Assembly (NCBI GenBank): GCA_023213395.1
Contig: CM041465.1
Coordinates: forward strand, 202,437,741 to 202,501,740
Direction of reading: 5' to 3'
DNA length: 64,000 nt
Origin: Cycas panzhihuaensis
Taxonomy: Eukaryota; Plantae; Cycadophyta
Shown here in pieces: positions 1-11,945 of this stretch (its first letter is position 1; each line of letters starts with the position of its first letter). The notes under the pieces are model-generated. The model saw only the letters and a program-made list of their open reading frames with translations, had not been told where the DNA came from and ran no database searches. Both the position numbers and the translations under genes were made by a program.

Positions 1-51
1 AAATGAAGGTTAAAATATAACATGTTTGTTTGTTATTTATATGTAGCAAGA

Positions 52-80
52 ATATTATTATTATTATTATTATTATTATT
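52..80. repeat. (ATT)n microsatellite
   Basis: About 9-10 perfect ATT units read directly. Confidence 0.9.
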
Positions 81-2523
81 GATGTGAAAATGCTTCACTC
101 AATTTTACACCTAAAAATTTCATATGCACAAGTAGAATATGGGTTCACAAATCAATTGACATTTTAACAAATTTGAAACGATATAAATTTGGGGGAATTC
201 ATTGAAATTAGTGAGTGAATGAGTGCATGCCACTTAAACCAATCTATATTATATTTCACTTGTTGATTTGTGAATTAAATAACTAGTATAAGTGGGGCTT
301 ATGTTCACTATAGGAGAAATATAGGCATTGGGTTATCATGCCGATATATTCATATTATAGGCTAGTAAGGCCAATTTAAGGTTTATAGGCTACTTTTAGG
401 CCGCTGAGCTACTATTCAGACTAAGAATTGCCAAGTGGCCTCCCTCGATTATATAACTTGAAACCCTATCTAAAATGACTTCCCCAACTTCAATGATGAA
501 ATCTCAAATAAACATTAGGGCATAGAGTTCACGTGGTATAGTTATGTATAATGAAATATAAAGTCCCTTGTAGTCCCTCTAAAGGAGTTCATTCATCTGG
601 TCATGGTTGCATGATCAATGATAGAGAGAGGGCACGAAATCAATTTTCCTACTTTTTGGGACTTTCAAAACTAGTTGAGTTCACTTAGAAGTTGAGGATT
701 CTACAATCTTATCTTAAAACGTATGGGGCATTGGCATGTCTTTGCCTCTAATATGAGCTTATTTTTAACCAGTTGAGGGTGTTAATCATTAAGGGTCTCA
801 CTATGTGCTACATAAAGGGTCTTAAACTAATAATAGTTTAGTTAAAATAGTAGTTAAGATTTAACTCAATAAACAACCTAAGGTTTACTCAAGGTACTTG
901 AGAAAAGAAAAGGGTTGAGAAAATAATGTCATTTCTCAAACTAATTATCAAAAAACAACTAACAAGAGACTGTGCTTGATCTTAAAAAATCAACAGAGTG
1001 TACTATATTTTCAAATACGGTTAACAAAGTTAAAATTTCACCTATGAATGTTGAAAATGAGCAATGTATGAAGTGGGTCATAATTATTTCTATATTTTAA
1101 ATTTTTTTAAAAGTTATATTGTTTGCATGAGATTTTCCAAATAATCAATTTGTTTTTGAAGAAAAGAAATAAAAATACAATGTAATATAATCCCCCTTAT
1201 CATTTTTTTTTTAATTCCTAAAATATAATAAATACATGTTTTTAGTGGAGCAAAATTTTTTTAATATTTTGAAATGAACCATCCTTTTCAATGCATATTA
1301 AATTTATATTAGACAGTGCGAAGTCATCAAAAGAAGAAAATGTGCCATTTTCACGTAATCTTTAAACCCTTATTTATTTCCAAGATGTAAAACTCCATAA
1401 CAATAATAGCCCCCAACTCTCTCCCCACCTCGACTCTCTCATGAAACAAAAGATTATTTCAATTTTCAATGTAAAAATACTCCTTCACGATGGAAAAAGG
1501 AATTTAAGTTCACTAATTTCAATGCCCACCCCTTAACTATTAAATGAAAATGCTATCCATTCAAAGAAAACCTCCCATTTTCTCAATGTAAAATGAAACT
1601 CATATTTTTATTAAGTCATATCGCCCCCTATGCATATGAATTTTAAACTCAAATGATACAAAATAAATGAACTTGAAAATACAATTTCTTCTATGTAGCA
1701 AAAAATATTTTGATTTTTTCCCTTAAAACATTTCTTATTTCAATGCAAAATTTGGATTTATTTTTGTCAAATTATATACCTATCCCCAACTGTCATATTA
1801 AAAAACACCATTTACTAAGAAAAATATGATTTTAATAAGTTTTGAACTATGGACTCCGTTCACCCAAGACATTTTCCTCTATCCACAAAGTCTAAGTGTT
1901 TTTATTAAAATTAATTAAATTGTTATTTCCCTTCATAATTAACTATTCTATGTTGTTGTTTTTTAATTTTTTTCATAAACAATATATTAAGAACAAAAGA
2001 GGAAAATTATTTCTTTATTAGGGTTTATACCAAGAACCTTCCCTCAAGATTTAAGTGTTGTCTTGAACTCTCACTCTAATTACTAAGAGTTGAGAAATGT
2101 TAGACACCTCTTGTTCTATTTAACCAATGGTTTTGTTAAACACAAATCATATGTATCTTGATCCTCAAATGATGTGCTAAAATTAAATTAACTAGATCAT
2201 TGCATTATTAAATTATGCATTGAGTAGACTAATCAAACCGTTTGGAAATTTTAGATGTAAGAGTCAAGGATGGAATGAAAATTCAGATCATTGTTATGAT
2301 TGCATTGAAAAGAGTTTGAAAATTTAATGTTGACAATGGAGTTAAATGAACAATAGACATTATCAGAAGCTAGATTGGATGCATTTCTACTACGAAACTA
2401 TTACATTTCTTTACTCAATTTATATCTCATTAAGTTGAAGTCATGAGGTAAGATTATATACTTAAGATGATGTGACCTTAGCATGCATACTTTTGGGGAA
2501 TGATTTTTTTTTTTTTTTTTTAT

Positions 2524-2822
2524 AGGGATGGTCTCCAATAGAATGACTTAACTTGGAACACTATCAACAATGTTATTGGAATGCTCTTTATTAGAATGGG
2601 GTTGGAACATTCCTTATTTACGATGGTCTACTTTCGAATGATTACTAGAATAGTCTTCATTAGGAGGAACCTTCTTTAGAATGATCTCCTCTATAAACAT
2701 TCCTTATTTGGAATGGTCATAAGAATGGTCTTTTATGGGATAGTTCTTGAAATGGCCCTTACTGGGAATGATCCCTATAATGGTCTTCACTTGAAATGCT
2801 CTCTAAATAGAATAGTAATGGT
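2524..2822. repeat. Degenerate short tandem array (GAATGGTCTT-like motif, ~10-15 bp spacing)
   Basis: gaatg/ggatg followed by gtc/atc recurs many times, e.g. gaatggtcat, aagaatggtctt, aatggtcttcac. It lies downstream of the minus-strand integrase, so probably in that element's 3' non-coding region. Confidence 0.55.
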
Positions 2823-3069
2823 TTATTTTATGTTACATACTATATATAGTCAACTATGTATCATAGGATTGGAGTTATGGTTGATTTTATTAATATATTT
2901 TCTTTTTCTTTTTTTTTTTTTGAAAATTTTAGCTTTAAGTATTAAGTGATATTGATACACAAACATCTTTTATTATTCTACAATACATTTTGGTATTCAT
3001 GGGTACCTTCCAACACATTCTAATACACTCAATGGTTCTTATGTTAGAAAGTTTATCCACCCTATTCAT

Positions 3070-6000
3070 AATAAGATTTCAATGTACGTGTATTAACCAT
3101 TATGGGTAGTAATTCTCTATCAAGTTCTTTCAATTGGATAGACCCCTTATCATAATTTTTTTTTTTCAATCTCATGGGATCTATTCGAGTGCATCTTTAA
3201 ATTTACTAGACATGTTTAGAATTTATAATTATACAATAGTACTTAATCCCCTTTACTAAACTATGGTTCTTTAATCTGGTAGTCATGCCAGTATTTTTGT
3301 CATTTTCTTTCAAATATTACATCCACACTAATATTGTATATGTCTCCTCTATAAATGAGTTGTACTAAATACTCTAATAGTGATTATTTATTTTGAGGTA
3401 GCATGCCAATGCAATTCATAAACTATGAATCTCAAATTTGCATAGAATAATGGCTTTGATCCCATACATTAAGTAGAATGGTGTTTAACCCATGACTTGC
3501 TTATAAGTCATCCTAAATAGCCATAGGATAGATGGTAGCTTTTTGACCTAATCACATTGACCCACATCATATAGTTTATGTATACAATTCTTAATGATCT
3601 TCTTTAAACTTTCTACCCATCAAGTAGCTCATGGGTAGTGTGGTATTAGCTTATGGTGGTTGATCAAGAAGATTATTATTAATTCTCTTATCACTTCATT
3701 TAGGAAATTGCTACCTTGATTACTTACCAATCTAAGTAGTCACTTGAACTTGGTAAGGATTATTTCATATAGAAATCAGGTGATGCAATATATGTCTTCC
3801 TTACTGCCTCTTATTTTTAATGCATCTTTTGTGAAAAGGATGGGGAGCAAGTACTCTTTTATCACTTTATTAAGGGCTCTTTAATCTATGCAAATTCATA
3901 TTTTACCTTTTTTTTAAGGTACAACTATTATAGGGTTGACCTAATCACTATATTCTTCTTTATATATGTAGCTTGCCTCTAACATTTTATCCAACTTGAC
4001 CTTCACTTTTTTCTTAAGCTTTGGATTCATCTAATATGGTCTTTAGTTTATTGGTTTTGCTTCCTTTATTCAGTCTATTCTATGTGCCTCTATCTCCAAT
4101 GCCATTCCCTTTAAGTTTTTACATGACTAAGTGAACACATTCGTATATTACTTAAATAAGGCATGTGCTTAATTAATCTACTATCTAATTATCTCAATAT
4201 TTCCCTATGGTTATGGTGATGAGGTTTTGTGCATTATCAATTCTGAGATTTCAACCCTTCAAATTACATAAGATTATCACCATTTATCTAATACCCATCT
4301 TAATCAACTATTTCTTTGTTTTCATATACTATTTCTGAATACTTGAGTGGATGCTTATCATCTTTATCCTTTTCTATTAACCTCTTATTACTTAATGTCA
4401 TTCTCATACTATGGAAGCTTCTTGTTGCTTATAATTTGTTGAGCCCTTTTATCATTTATAATACTCTCCTAATGTTTGCATCCTTATAAGCACATGAAAT
4501 TGTATTGATAAATGTCTTCTTTAATTTGTCCTATTATTTTACTCTCACAACCTTTTTAGATTGTATCCATTTCCACTCTTATATCTTAATATATGCATTA
4601 AAAGATGGCATCAATATTTTTTACTAATACTTCCCCCTTTCCATCATTTTATGCATATCTTTACTTGCCTTTTTAGAAAACCACCTAACACAAAGAGAGG
4701 TATATATATCCTAGTTGTCTTTTATTAAACCCTACATAAAATGCACATTGAAATTTTAATCAAGTTTATAAATTCACACAATATGCTAATTACCTTTACA
4801 AGGCTACTTCTTATAAAGTTAATGCAAACTCTAATATCTATTATGTTTTATTATCAAGTTTATGTTGGACCCAATATCATATGCATTTCCTAATATGTTT
4901 TGTTCTTAGATGTACTAGGTCCATCCTTGTGAAAGAAGCCACAACAACCTTTTTGAAGTATAACCCTTTATCTTGGTTTTTATTCAACTAGTTTTGTTTA
5001 CTTAGATTATTTATAATCATAACTTTTATGGGATTGGATTCATCCTTAATCTTCATACCCTCATTACATTTGGGTGGCTAGTTGCATCACTAAAGGATTC
5101 ATCATCTATACTACCTATTTTTCTAAGAGATACACATATACTAATTTATTCATCACTATAATTATTAACACTATTATACTACTCATCATCATAGATAACA
5201 TATATATAACTATAATTCAAACTATGTTTGTTTACCACATATACATTTTGTGACTAATTTGTTAGGAATGTACTTGTATTACTCCTTTCATAATCTAGTT
5301 TCAGTTGAAGTTCTCCATATTTATATAGCTCTTACCAATAAGGTTTATTCATTATCACTATTTTTCTAGGTAACAAAATGTTGTTATATCGTCATATGAG
5401 CTAATAGTTTGATTGTTGGTAATAGTGGTGTTTCATGCTTTGTTTAGTATCTTCTCATATGTCATTTATGTTATTGAGAGTGACATGGTCCTCCCATTAT
5501 GGGTAAGAGTAAAGGTTTATTTTCTCTAATCTTATAAACAGTCTATGTCATACAACCTTGGTTGTTTGAGTGATGTTTGATAAGATGGTCCCCTAATTAT
5601 AATCTAAATCATAATGAATTCTAAAATAACCAATATTAGTATAACATTTACTTTAAGATTTAACATTGTTCTTATTGGTTTAATCTTTAATTGGTTATCT
5701 ATTTTTATTGAATAAGTAGAGTCATCTATTGCTAGACATCCTAATATCTTTTATATGTGTCCTAGTAGCATGTTAACTCTTGACCCACTCTCCATGATTA
5801 CAATATTTATCATCTCCCTTAGTACTATCATGGCTACCTTTGGGTTTTCATAGACAATGGTAGGATGGTGTGAAGTCCTTGAATTATTCAATATGTGGAT
5901 TGTATCTCTAATCCTTCCTTTTTTAACTAATTTGTTACTATGTTAAGGGGTATTATTAATTCTAATTATCTTGTTAGATGCTTAAGTGGTCTTGGTATCT

Positions 6001-6657
6001 ATGGGATTAATGGGTCTTTTAGAGTGGATGGCTTCGTTGCTTGTGGAGTAGTTATAATTACTTTTACATCAAGTGGTTTTATATTTGTCCTTCTCTATAC
6101 TTGTCTAACCTAATTTTGCTTTCTTATCCTTCCCCTTTGCTCTATTTCCTATTTTCTAATTTATTAGTAGCTTCCTTAGTGAATTATTAAGAATAATTCA
6201 TACCTAATTATTAACTTTTTTTAAGCAATGGATAATTCTCTAAATTATGATCCTTGACCTAAATTTTTTGCATAACTATGAACTCTTGTTACCTACATTC
6301 TCATATTGGCATTTAGACTACTCTTGCCTAAATTAAAGGTAAAACACACAATGTCTAGTTAACTTTTTCTTCTTTAGTGGGTCTTGCATGGTTTTGGTTA
6401 GGTATATGGATCTCATGATTCCCCATCCCTAACCATAACTAAGTAGAGCTCTTTTGCATATATTATAAAATAATTTTTATATAGTATATGCCCTTGTGTT
6501 GTGTATAGAACATTATAGTTTATCTTCATGTTGTTTTTCCTTATCTAATTCCTACTTTAGCTTTGATCTTTTCTCTTGTTGAACCAACTTTTTTTTGTTT
6601 CTTTTTTATAAGTAAAATCTCCATAAACTAGGGTTGAGCATCCAACATAAGGTGCCA
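3070..6657 (-). mobile_element. Highly degraded Ty3/gypsy (non-chromovirus, Tat/Athila-like) internal region
   Basis: Minus-strand hand translation. Integrase core KLPSILWLFRMTYKQVMG*TPFYLMYG at ~3470-3545. Integrase C-terminus DKGSIQLKELDRELLPIMVN..TLKSY at ~3070-3155. Protease-like IMESGSRVNML (cf. DGGSGVNI) at ~5770-5800. Degenerate TGGCACC primer-binding site (PBS) ends at 6657. RT and a matching LTR pair were not recognised. Confidence 0.7.
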
Positions 6658-7065
6658 TATGATAGGGGGAATTGTTATACCAAAATTGCCCAAGACTTGT
6701 ACCTAGCCCCACCCAACACTCATCTTCATTTCCTCTAAAAACGTGAAAATAGGTAAAAGACTAAATAACATATTGTTTAAGGATACAAGATCTAATCAAA
6801 CTAGCACACAAATACATCTTAACATGGCCACTATAGACCTTATGAAATCATGTGTTGAGTATCTGCAAGCTAGTCCATCATTGCCATATATGCCTTCATC
6901 TTCATTCTCCTTTCCATGTGCCACACCATTAGCATACGTTTACATCACAAATTCAACCAACATAATTGCCTTTAACCTATGAAATCTTGTGTTTGATGCC
7001 ACCATCATTTCTACCAACTCAAAGTCTCAAATTAACTATTGGGTAAAAGGACCTACATGCCCTTT

Positions 7066-7463
7066 TGTTGGGGTTAATGATCATCACCCCACTCCCACCT
7101 TTTAACTAAGAGTGCACACCTCACTCTCACCAATTTACACATGTGGGTGCTCACATGTGAAGGTAAGTATAAGGTAAAGTTAAGTTGATTTTATTTCATT
7201 TGAATTAAGTTCATTTGAGTTAAGTTAAGTTATATTTTATTGTTGTTTGAATTTTAGGGGTTGAGGAGTTTCCCTCCTCCCCCAAATTATATATTTAGAG
7301 GGGTATGCAACCATGGTGTCTTTTAGACACTGCCTACAATTTGGACATTTGTAATACTCTCTCTCAAATAATGGATTGAATACAAATGATTTTTTGTTTA
7401 TGCAACAATGTATTGATTATGTGTTTATGTTTTGCCTTATTCTCCATCATTTATTTTCCTTCA
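7066..7463 (+). repeat. 5' LTR of element 7066-12475
   Basis: TG...CA termini, direct repeat of 12078-12475, followed by PBS. Confidence 0.95.
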
Positions 7464-7960
7464 TTTGATATCAGAGCCAAATGTTGCATCTATATTTGAA
7501 GCTTTTTTGAAGAGCAAGAAGATCCATTAGCATTTGAAGCAGATCTACTCACAACAAGCAAATATCGGTTATATTTATCTTCTACAAAGTTTATTTGTAG
7601 TTTCTTATATTTTTTATTAGAGATCTAACTATTCTTGATTTATACTTGTGAAATAATAATTATTTTTTAGATATTCTTTCAGATCTGTGTAGGAGCATAG
7701 CTGCAATTAGCAAGTACTCAAGATTTTATCACTCTACAAAGGTTTTATCAATAAGTTTTACATATTTCTGTCAAATATTTGACCATTTTCTAGCATATTT
7801 TATCTATTTATTCAATACTCTTTTTAGATTTGTGCAAGAGCACACTTGCAATCAACATTTATTCAAGCTTTTTTCAGATCTATACTATATATTCTTCAAA
7901 TATGCATATTTTATCAAAGATTTGACCATTTTCTTGTTTATTTTATTTATATATTCAATA

Positions 7961-8060
7961 TTTTCTCCATATCTGCAATATTTTTTCTAGATTTATAATA
8001 TTTTCTTCAGATTTACAATATTTTCTTCAGATCTACAATATTTTCTTCAGATCTATGAAA
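7961..8060. repeat. 20-bp tandem repeat (ttttcttcagatctacaata), ~5 copies, within a longer degenerate AGATCT-rich array 7540-8150
   Basis: Units in register at 7981, 8001, 8021 and 8041. Confidence 0.85.
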
Positions 8061-8707
8061 TATTTACTCCAGATATATCTATTTTATTAAATATTTGACT
8101 ATTTTTTATGCATTTAGTCTATTTACTTAATATCTTCTTTCAGATCTGTGTAAGTTTTGGTGCATATTCAGCCTAACAAGCTTTCTGGAGAAGTTATACT
8201 ACAGCAGACCTATCTACTAGAAGAATTTGAAGTCCATTTTCTATAAATCTTTCACAGCTGCATTACCGGGTTCTTCGTGTTTTTTCAAATATAAACATAT
8301 ATTTTCTCATTTCTTTGATATATCTTCTCCTGGACATTTAAAAGATTTCAGATACAAATATATATACATATTTCTCTTTATTGTATTTAAGATTTTCTGG
8401 TTTCATTTGTGGCTCCATTAAATCACAAAGTTTTTTTTCATATTTTTTTTCTGTACAAATATATAATTATTATTTTTTGAAATATTCCTTTGTTATAATC
8501 CTTCATTTCCCATATTGAGCAGCCATTGGCTCATAATCAAAGACTTTTTTAGCTTGGATTGTCAATCTAAACCTAACTTAGAAATTAACATACGATTAAG
8601 TTGTCATCTTGGCATAATATCTACTCTTCCTTCTGCATAATCACTCTACTATAGCAAATCACTACTATCGTTTTGAAGCTACCGTGAATAACTTTAAACA
8701 GAGCTGC

Positions 8708-8857
8708 TACTACTGCGTATTCAACTGAGGAACACCCTCTTGTCTTGCACTGCACACTCTGTTGCAATTACTTTACCATCTTATTGAATGATAGATCCTT
8801 TGTTATTTGCTCTATTAGTTCCTTTATGCTTGGATCATTAAGTAGGCCTGGTATTGC
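8708..8857 (-). pseudogene. AKR2: Captured fragment of an AKR2-like (ankyrin repeat protein 2A/2B) gene, N-terminal region
   Basis: Minus strand reads [32 protein letters not shown], then after a frameshift ARQEGVPQLNTQ. This matches the remembered plant AKR2 motif [28 protein letters not shown]...QEG.PQ.D.QQY. Confidence 0.82.
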
Positions 8858-9392
8858 ACCGCCTGTTGTTGCCACCCATACGGAAAGACATCCATGTCCT
8901 CTGTGCACATTGTCACAATCCTCTGAGGTGCCAATACTCAGACAAATTTTCATGTACAATAGTAGCAGGATCCCTCGCCGTCACCTCGAACACACGATCT
9001 CAGGAAACTTTAAAAAGAAGATAAGATTTGCAAGACCGCGAGGCCTCAAAACATTAGATAAGTTACCATAATAATCATTCGAGGTCCCCAAAACCCCAGT
9101 CCTAAATTTTCAAGGACGATAAAATTTCTACGTTGAACGTATAAAGACTGCGAGAGATAGATGTGGGGATAGATTCATAGGGAAGATGGGAATTGAGGAG
9201 ATAAATCCCTCATGTTGCTCCGATAGAATAAAATAAATTTAATTTTTAGAAGTAAACCACTTCCCTTTCCTACAGTGCAGGATTGTGGGACTGCAGAAGT
9301 ATCTTCTTTAACTTTATTTTTTGGCCATGAATGATGTTCTTGAGATTTGCAGGTTTAAAGCAGAAGTTACTGTTTGATTCTATTACAGTCAA

Positions 9393-9557
9393 CTGTTGCA
9401 GTTCAACTTTGAGAGACTCTATACCTCGAAGGTCAGCTTCCATCTTTGTTGCTTTGTCCATCATACTCCTTATTTGATGTTCCTTATCATTCCTTAAGGC
9501 TGTCATATGTGCTTCCATTCGTTGCAGCTCCTGTTAAGCAATAGCAAGTTCCTGGCG
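9393..9557 (-). pseudogene. Captured fragment of an FLX-like (FLC EXPRESSOR family) coiled-coil gene
   Basis: Minus strand reads RQELAIA*QELQRMEAHMTALRNDKEHQIRSMMDKATKMEADLRGIESLKVELQQ. This matches the FLX-like family pattern RQELA.AQ.EL....KME.DLR..E..K.EL.Q. One probable CAA-to-TAA stop at 9534-9536. Confidence 0.82.
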
Positions 9558-9559
9558 AC

Positions 9560-9661
9560 AAACCTATTGTTGTCCAGTGCCAAATAGTTGAGGCTCTTCA
9601 AGGAGCTAATGGATCCAGGCATTCGGCCAACCAGCCCCGCATTGGACAGCCCCAGAAATCG
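9560..9661 (-). pseudogene. Captured plant extracellular LRR fragment (receptor-like protein/kinase type)
   Basis: Minus strand reads RFLGLSNAGLVGRMPGSISSLKSLNYLALDNNRF, fitting the plant-specific LRR consensus LxLxxxxLxGxIPxxIxxLxxLxxLxLxxNxF. It abuts the FLX-like piece out of frame. Confidence 0.75.
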
Positions 9662-9849
9662 AGAACCAAAACTAACCTTAATCAGGCAAACTACGGCTCA
9701 TGCCTGTAAGTACCACCTTCTCACGCTCAAATGTGTCATACACAAATTCAAGCCTATCTGTAAACCTTTAAACAATAAAATTATACTTGAAACGGAGATT
9801 TCACTACCACAATCCAATAATTTTGCTTCAAACACAAAGATAGGCTTGA

Positions 9850-10070
9850 TGTTTTAGCCGATGAAATCTGATTTTTCGATCATACCACGAAAACCACCGA
9901 AGAAGGCGAATGCTGATCTAACCATCTCAAGCAACGCGATTTGCTAGATTGTTTGGGGGGATTGGAGACAATAGGACTGACAAAATCTGAAGCCAGAAGG
10001 CAGAACACGGTGCAGGCGATAGCATTTGCGCAGGTTCAATAGTAGCGAAACGATGCGTAGGCGCGCTTTA
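9850..10070 (-). promoter_or_regulatory. CpG-rich segment, candidate promoter/5' UTR of the antisense cassette
   Basis: About 15 CpG in ~210 bp in an otherwise CpG-poor window. On the minus strand it is followed by a GT...AG intron-like, T-rich stretch (9922-9704). Confidence 0.4.
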
Positions 10071-11372
10071 ATTCAAACTTTTTATTTTCTATTTCAAAAA
10101 GTTTAAATAATTAAATTTTATTGAATATCTTTTCAATTATAAGGTTTTAAAAATCCTAGCCCCTTTGGCCTTTAGCCCCTGGCTTTATTAATCCCTCCAC
10201 GTGACCTTAGCATATTGCTAAAGGGGCTAACTTAATCCTTATTATATTTTCTTTTTTCTTTTTGTTATTACACATAGGGTACTTGGCAATTTTTTACCAT
10301 AACTTTTGATAGAGTCAATAATTTCTGACGAAACCTATCCCATTATGTCTAAAATTTTCTGAGGTATGATTTGACTAGTCATATGCCATATTTGGAGATG
10401 ATTTGACCCGCTTTCAATCAGTTTAAAATGGATCATTTATTTTTAAAGCCTTTTAAACTAGTTTTACAAAATCACTTTTTTATTAGATTATATTTTATCA
10501 TCGGGAGATTATTTACTACCTGAATCTACTCTGCAGCAATCTATTATCAATAAACTTCATCACTATCTATTCACTTTATTTTTAAGATTTATTTTAATCA
10601 GTATTTTAATCAGTGAAAGTGACACTTTAGCAATTTTTAAACATTTTAACATAAAGGTACTTACTTCTATTTCTATTATAACTTTTCTGTTTTATATCAG
10701 AATTCAGATCTGTTAGTTTCGTTGGGAATCTAACTCTCTTCTCTTCGAACTGACACTATTTTTTATAAGTTTTAAAGTGTTTTTGTAAATTTTCAAAGCC
10801 ATCAAAGTCAAGGTAAATAATAGCCTCCAATTTGTCATTATTGCATATTTACATATATTATTTTTTAAAATTTCTCAACTGAAAATATATTAAATAGCTC
10901 TCTAAACTATATTTGTTCCTATTTTATCATTCTATAAATTTTTACTAGCATTTTTTATAATATTTTAAGCCCCAGGCTCCTGTTAAGTCTAAAAAAGATG
11001 ACTGTATCTTTGGTTCATTAAAATATTGACCTATAGGAACTTGTTTTCAAAATGGTCAGTTCTATGGAATAGCTTTTTCCTTGATCTTCAAACTAATATA
11101 ATTTCACTTTGTTCTGACATTGTTTAGTACAGCTTTAAAGCTGCTAAACTTGAGCATTCATTATATCCTAATAGGCTTTGACTTACTTATTACACTTATA
11201 ACAGTTACATTTAGTTGATATACTTTCCAAAGGCATCTTCCATTGTTTCACTTTCAAAGGGCATTGTACTTCTTTAAAATAGTATATTTGACATCATATA
11301 AGTTTATTCATTTATTGAGTTTTTTGACTTGGTAAAAGCATATTCCTTTTATGTACTAAAGTTTTCGGTAAA

Positions 11373-11945
11373 ATGACAATCAATCTTAATAAAGTACAAT
11401 TTCGTATATTTGATGGCCATAATTTTTCATAATGGCATAAGACAATGTAACATTATTTTATTACACATGATCTTTGAAAATACTTACAAGACGAATATGA
11501 TGTTAATATTAAGGAAAATATTAAAAAAGACAATGAATCCCTAGCTTTACTATTTTGCACTATAGATGATAAAGTGTTTTCTAAAGTTTATGAAATGACA
11601 ACCTCCAAAACCATATGGGACACCCTACATTCTACTTATAGGGGAGATACCCTTAATGAATTTAACATTAATATTGTTGAGCATGTGAGACAGGTGCCAG
11701 AGCAAGTAGATTGTAATCAAAAGACCAAGGAAGATTCAAGTCAAATGCATGATCATTTTGTTGCACAAGAAGTTGATCCTCCATTTGAGGGGGAGAAATA
11801 CGATGATATGATAGTTGCTCACAACACAAAGACTTCAGAAGATAAAGTTAAAGTTCCAGAAGTTAAAGTCAAAGTTGCAGCCACACATTTACATTTGAAT
11901 CAAGCTTCATTCACTTGTAGATTTTTTTGCACCACCCAATGGTGA
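11373..11945 (+). pseudogene. gag: Copia gag N-terminal fragment (UBN2/Retrotran_gag_2-like) with unrelated low-complexity tail
   Basis: MTINLNKVQFRIFDGHNFS*WHKTM*HYFITHDL*KYL...KKDNESLALLFCTIDDKVFSKV..TTSKTIWDTLHSTYRGD. In frame with ORF 11574-11945 and contains internal stops. Confidence 0.8.

Noticed and set aside
1240-1800. Recurring tttcaatg(t/c)aaaa words
   Set aside because: No consistent period or unit could be defined in very AT-rich sequence.
8516-8533. Small hairpin tgagc...gctca as a Helitron 3' end bounding the cargo
   Set aside because: No CTRR terminus at the expected distance on the minus strand. No MULE- or CACTA-type terminal inverted repeats seen around the cassette.
9175-9220. 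Minus-strand similarity (tgag.gatttatctcct) to the U5 end of the 312-bp copia LTR
   Set aside because: Only ~17 nt of good match, which could be chance.
8745-9857. Plus-strand ORFs 8745-9071 and 9588-9857 as genes
   Set aside because: They are antisense shadows of the GC-richer captured fragments, have non-ATG starts and show no recognisable domain.
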